From Promethearchaeota archaeon (GTDB taxonomy: Archaea > Asgardarchaeota > Lokiarchaeia > Sigyniarchaeales > SOKP01), in contig JBHLLT010000012.1 in the NCBI GenBank assembly GCA_048938855.1, forward strand, positions 1 through 64,000: a DNA stretch of 64,000 bases, read 5' to 3'. The translations under genes were made by a program, and so were the position numbers. The notes under the pieces are model-generated. The model saw nothing but the letters and a program-made list of their open reading frames with translations, ran no database searches and was not told the DNA's origin. Positions 60,249 through 64,000 of this stretch are shown piece by piece (the stretch's first letter is position 1; each line of letters opens with the position of its first letter).

Positions 60249-60473
60249 TTAATACCCTTCATTCAATTGATAATAAAATCCTTCATTTTTGAGAATTTTC
60301 AAGATACCATTCTTTCTATATATATTGAAGAGCTTTTTGACCTCAGAAGGAGGTATACCATTATTTTCAGCTATAATTTCGATCATAAATTTAGGAAATT
60401 TCTTATAGCTTTTTTGCAGAGAGTGAAGTGCTTCTAAAAACCTTGCTGAATAGTCTATTTCTGATATAACCAT
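60249..60473 (-). CDS. Small winged-helix-like protein
   Basis: AGGTGAGG SD before ATG 60473; EIIAENNGIPPSEVKKLFNIYRKNGIL...GFYYQL. Confidence 0.65.
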   Translation of the reverse strand: MVISEIDYSARFLEALHSLQKSYKKFPKFMIEIIAENNGIPPSEVKKLFNIYRKNGILKILKNEGFYYQLNEGY

Positions 60474-60661
60474 TCTCCTCACCTTAACTCGTTAGAAAAT
60501 AATTTTATTTTAATACTTATAATACTCTTAATTCTATTAAGAGTATGATATATCGGATATATAAAGATTAGCATTAACAATAGTTAATGTAGTGATAATT
60601 TGTCATATCACAATATAAATTCATCAATATAATATTTCAAAACAAAATTAATTCAACCAAA

Positions 60662-61117
60662 CTAATCATCAGCAAACCAATAACGCTTGCCTTTTTTCAT
60701 CCAATTATCTAAACCCATCTCTTTAATACCTTCAAAGTTTTTTAAATAAGAATCTCCATATAGCTCTTGCTTATTTGTAATTCGAAGTGTTTCACAATTC
60801 TCATATATCTCACATTCATAACAAGCAAAGTACCTTTTACTACGACAACATTTTCTAACCTTACAACTATGTTCAGTATCTTCCTTTTCTCTGCATATCT
60901 TTTCACATTTCAATTCTGTAATGAACTGGAGCATTTCATGAAATTTATCATATTCTTTTAGTTTTTCTGTAAATAAATTCTTCGCGGTTTTTTCAAATTT
61001 GTACTGATTTAATTTGTTTTCTAATTTAATTGCGGCATCAGAAATTTCACCTAAATAACCAGCACAATCTCCACAATAGAGTCCACAATAGGCGAGTAAT
61101 TTTTTACTATCTTTCAT
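60662..61117 (-). CDS. DUF3795-like Cys-rich protein
   Basis: YCGLYCGDC, CEKICR, CKVRKCC, CYEC...C. Confidence 0.82.
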   Translation of the reverse strand: MKDSKKLLAYCGLYCGDCAGYLGEISDAAIKLENKLNQYKFEKTAKNLFTEKLKEYDKFHEMLQFITELKCEKICREKEDTEHSCKVRKCCRSKRYFACYECEIYENCETLRITNKQELYGDSYLKNFEGIKEMGLDNWMKKGKRYWFADD

Positions 61118-61166
61118 TATTTTTCGTTAATATAAATGAAATCTTAACTTAAAATTGTTTTACCAT

Positions 61167-62060
61167 CTATGTAAGATTTAGTTCATTTATAACATAACTC
61201 ACCCATAAACCTGGCTTTTTAGGTATGTCAAAATCTATCCATGAACTTTTCATATAAGAAGTATCAACTTGCCAATATCCGTCAGATCGTTGCTTTCTTT
61301 TTAATATTTCTTTAGCACCATTACAACGTTCATCGTCTAACAAGTGATTTGCTTTAAGTAGAGTTAAGATTTCAATAATATTTGATCTATATGGATAAGG
61401 GTAAAAGTTTAGGATGATAGAATCCTCGATTGGTTTATCTGAAGAAAATTTTTTAAATATTCTATGTTGAAGAATATATTCTAAACCCTGATTCAATTTA
61501 TCATCAAGTTCCTCTGAAGTTTCAAATTGTTTCTTATACTCAGTAAGTGTGATCATGGATTTTACAACACCGTAATAGCATGGAACTTTTTTCATACAAC
61601 CACCAAACCTAGTATAGAGATCTTTTCCAGGCCATGCACATTCTTTACCTCTCTCCACTAATTGGTATTTTAATATCCAATCAATACCCGCATCAATCTT
61701 TTTTTTATCCTCAAATCTCATCTTTAATAAAAGTGTAGTAATCATGGAATTGTGACAAGCAAGTAAATTATCCTTGGTTCCTTCTAAAGAATAGCCTTCT
61801 TTGATATATGATTTGTCAACCAGGATCTTAATCCAATTCTGGACTTTTTCTAATGTATTTGTAAAGGGAATCTCTGAAAGTTCTAACAGGCGCCATTCAA
61901 GGGCTCGAATACCGACAAAAGTAGTTGGAGCGCGTTTAGGAAGTTCTAATAATTTTGTCATAAGTTTTGAATCTGTTAGCATTTCCTGAGCTTCTTCTAT
62001 TGTTATATTCTCCCCTTTTTCATAAGCCTTCTTCAATCCTAATGCGGAATCTTCAATCAT
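61167..62060 (-). CDS. Alpha/alpha-toroid (prenyltransferase/squalene cyclase repeat-like) hypothetical protein
   Basis: GIDWILKYQ, GLEYILQH, YPYPYRSNIIE, KQRSDGYW QW-like repeats. Confidence 0.65.
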   Translation of the reverse strand: MIEDSALGLKKAYEKGENITIEEAQEMLTDSKLMTKLLELPKRAPTTFVGIRALEWRLLELSEIPFTNTLEKVQNWIKILVDKSYIKEGYSLEGTKDNLLACHNSMITTLLLKMRFEDKKKIDAGIDWILKYQLVERGKECAWPGKDLYTRFGGCMKKVPCYYGVVKSMITLTEYKKQFETSEELDDKLNQGLEYILQHRIFKKFSSDKPIEDSIILNFYPYPYRSNIIEILTLLKANHLLDDERCNGAKEILKRKQRSDGYWQVDTSYMKSSWIDFDIPKKPGLWVSYVINELNLT

Positions 62061-62208
62061 ATTACTTAATATTTTGAAGTTATCTATTAAAGTTTTAATA
62101 TTAATTTGGTAAAAATGGCAAGAGTCTATTTTTTTTTATTACCAATATAATTTATTATAATTGGAAATGTTAAAATACTAATGAAATTGTATTTTTATCA
62201 ATACTTAC

Positions 62209-63174
62209 TTAATTATAATCGATTTTTTTTAATATTTCTTTGATGGTTTTTGCTGAAAATTTAAAATTTTTTATCTCTTCCTCACTTAGCTCAATATTAA
62301 GAGTTTCCTGTATACCATTCTTATTAATAATACTTGGTAAACTCAAAAATAAATCGTTTATACCATAGAAATCTTCAATTAATGTTGATACTGGTAAGAT
62401 CGAATTTTCATCATTAATAATAGCTTGAGAGATTCTAGCTAATGTCAAACCAATACCGTAAGAAGTTTCTCCTTTTCTTTCTATTATTTTATATGCTGAA
62501 TCTCTTACTTCTTCGAAAATTGTCTGAAAATTTTTATTAGCATCATTTGGATTAACAAAATTACTCATGTCACAATAATTCTTTATATAGGCTCCACCAA
62601 CCATGGCACTACTCCACACAGCAAATTCACTATCACCATGTTCTCCTAAAATGTAAGCATGAATATTACTAGCGTTGACTTTACAATATTTTGCGAGTAA
62701 ATATCTAAATCTCGCAGTATCTAATGTTGTTCCCGAACCCATAACTTTATTTTTCGGTTTACCGGAGACTTTATAAGTAACATAAGATAGAATATCAACT
62801 GGATTTGAAACAATTAGATAAACTGCATCTGAATCATATTTTTGAATTTTTGGAATAATAGATTTAAACAGATCTACATTTTTATTTACTAAATCAAGTC
62901 TTGTTTCACCAGGTTCTTGATTCTTACCCGCTGTAATTACAACTATGTCAGACTCTATTATATCTTCATAATCTCCGGGAATTATATTCACTGGACTTGT
63001 ATATGGTGCAGTATGAGATAAATCCATAACTTCTCCTTCTAATCTCTTACGATCTATGTCTACCATTACAATTTCTCGGGCAATTCCTTTGATTATCAGA
63101 GCATAGGCATATCTCACTCCAACATTTCCACATCCAATTATAGAAATTTTAGGATGTAATCTTTCTTTTTTCAT
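62209..63174 (-). CDS. ldh: L-lactate dehydrogenase
   Basis: IIGCGNVG, TAGKNQEPGETRLDL (Gln at the specificity position), SNPVD, GTTLDTARF, GEHGDS. Confidence 0.9.
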   Translation of the reverse strand: MKKERLHPKISIIGCGNVGVRYAYALIIKGIAREIVMVDIDRKRLEGEVMDLSHTAPYTSPVNIIPGDYEDIIESDIVVITAGKNQEPGETRLDLVNKNVDLFKSIIPKIQKYDSDAVYLIVSNPVDILSYVTYKVSGKPKNKVMGSGTTLDTARFRYLLAKYCKVNASNIHAYILGEHGDSEFAVWSSAMVGGAYIKNYCDMSNFVNPNDANKNFQTIFEEVRDSAYKIIERKGETSYGIGLTLARISQAIINDENSILPVSTLIEDFYGINDLFLSLPSIINKNGIQETLNIELSEEEIKNFKFSAKTIKEILKKIDYN

Positions 63175-63319
63175 GGTTAAATTAACACCTAAAGAAGTAA
63201 ACTAGTAATTTAATATAAAAGTCTTATGCTTAGGAAAAATAGGCTTTTCGTTTAAAGACTGAAAAAATTAGTTCTTATATTAGAAAAAAGTTCGATGGAG
63301 GGAGTTTTATCTTAAATAA

Positions 63320-64000
63320 TTAATTATCTTCATCCTTGATTTTTGATGGTATTTCTTTAATCTGGATGGCTAATTCCTGTCCTAATTTTTCACCTTTATC
63401 AAGTTGATCTCCTGTAGGATGACCATTGAATGTTAAGGGTTCTTGGATATCCCAATGCATAGCTTCAGATAAATTATTAAAATCTTTTAAAGCTCCACCA
63501 CTCCAACCATAAGAACCAAAATATAATGCCTTCTTATACCATATATGCTTTTTCTTTAAAAGTTCCATTAGATATTTCATAGGGGGAAACATGCTATATT
63601 CGTAGGTTGGGCATCCTATAACCAAACCAGCAGATTTGTATGCATCTGCAAGAATATAAGACGCATCTTCATTTGGGACTCGATGAACATTTATTGGTAC
63701 ACCTGTAGAAGCTATTCCTTTTAAAACTGCGTTTAACATAGCTTCTGTATTTCCATACATACTACCCCAAATCACGCAAATTTCAGGTTCAGCATAATCT
63801 TTATTATAGTTAGCATATCGAAGATACTTGTTAATAACTACTTTTGGTTTTCTCCAGATAAGACCATGAGAGGGGGCAATCATCTTAATATCTAGTGAAG
63901 ATAATGAATCAATAGCCTTTGAAACATTGGGAGAAAACATTGCAATAATATTTGCGTAATATCTTAACATTTCTTTTTCCCAATATGGTTTATTTACATC
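63320..64000 (-). CDS. Flavodiiron protein (FprA family), partial; N-terminus lies beyond the window
   Basis: RYYANI, IAPSHGLIWR, flavodoxin SMYGNT, GCPTY, FGSYGWSG; frame open to base 64000. Confidence 0.9.
   Translation of the reverse strand, partial: DVNKPYWEKEMLRYYANIIAMFSPNVSKAIDSLSSLDIKMIAPSHGLIWRKPKVVINKYLRYANYNKDYAEPEICVIWGSMYGNTEAMLNAVLKGIASTGVPINVHRVPNEDASYILADAYKSAGLVIGCPTYEYSMFPPMKYLMELLKKKHIWYKKALYFGSYGWSGGALKDFNNLSEAMHWDIQEPLTFNGHPTGDQLDKGEKLGQELAIQIKEIPSKIKDEDN

Noticed and set aside
9478-61989. Other short antisense or alternative-frame ORFs in the track (e.g. 9478, 11088, 11944, 16608, 17380, 17675, 20086, 22161, 25311, 25801, 29496, 29524, 31875, 31927, 33518, 34575, 35446, 35697, 36653, 38423, 40348, 42430, 43609, 47730, 48149, 51608, 53281, 55999, 57605, 57848, 58854, 59718, 60767, 61801)
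   Set aside because: Wholly or mostly overlap longer genes with clear family motifs or good coding context
1-64000. CRISPR arrays, tRNA/rRNA, IS elements, selenoprotein (in-frame TGA) genes
   Set aside because: No spaced repeat arrays, GC-rich structured RNA segments, transposase ORFs or motif-interrupting TGA codons seen by eye; tRNAscan/Infernal not run

Overview
AT-rich (roughly 30% GC by eye), gene-dense prokaryotic DNA with about 60 CDS. I saw no rRNA, tRNA, CRISPR array or transposase. It is most likely an Asgard archaeon of the Lokiarchaeia type; this is inferred from GGTGA/GAGG Shine-Dalgarno motifs, TATA-like promoters, an IPGY-type C-terminal sorting signal, Lrp/AsnC regulators and an Arf-like GTPase fusion. 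Main blocks: (1) 2.0-8.6 kb, an operon with a CPBP/Abi protease, ABC exporter, an unannotated 33-aa hydrophobic peptide, three tandem membrane paralogs and a wHTH regulator; three of its genes appear to start at ATA/ACG codons. (2) 12.4-24.8 kb, a putative glycoside/polysaccharide catabolism cluster. (3) 31.3-37.5 kb, a co-directional membrane signalling/coat-like locus: 7TM protein, TM-HAMP-TPR-vWA, TM-HAMP-only protein, a beta-propeller + adaptin-ear/platform-like + Zn-ribbon protein resembling BBS2/7/9 architecture, and an RCK channel lacking the GYG filter. (4) A LuxE-like acyl-protein synthetase with a decayed partial copy about 3.9 kb upstream. (5) Two paralogous Asp-rich surface proteins plus a regulator. 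(6) A staygreen - methyltransferase - heliorhodopsin - DUF998 - Fpg run. (7) A 1127-aa fusion of longin-like, Arf-like GTPase, PAS-PAS-GAF and pseudo-histidine-kinase domains. The strongest candidates for an undescribed system are (3) and (7), followed by (1). All family calls come from reading motifs; no database search was run.
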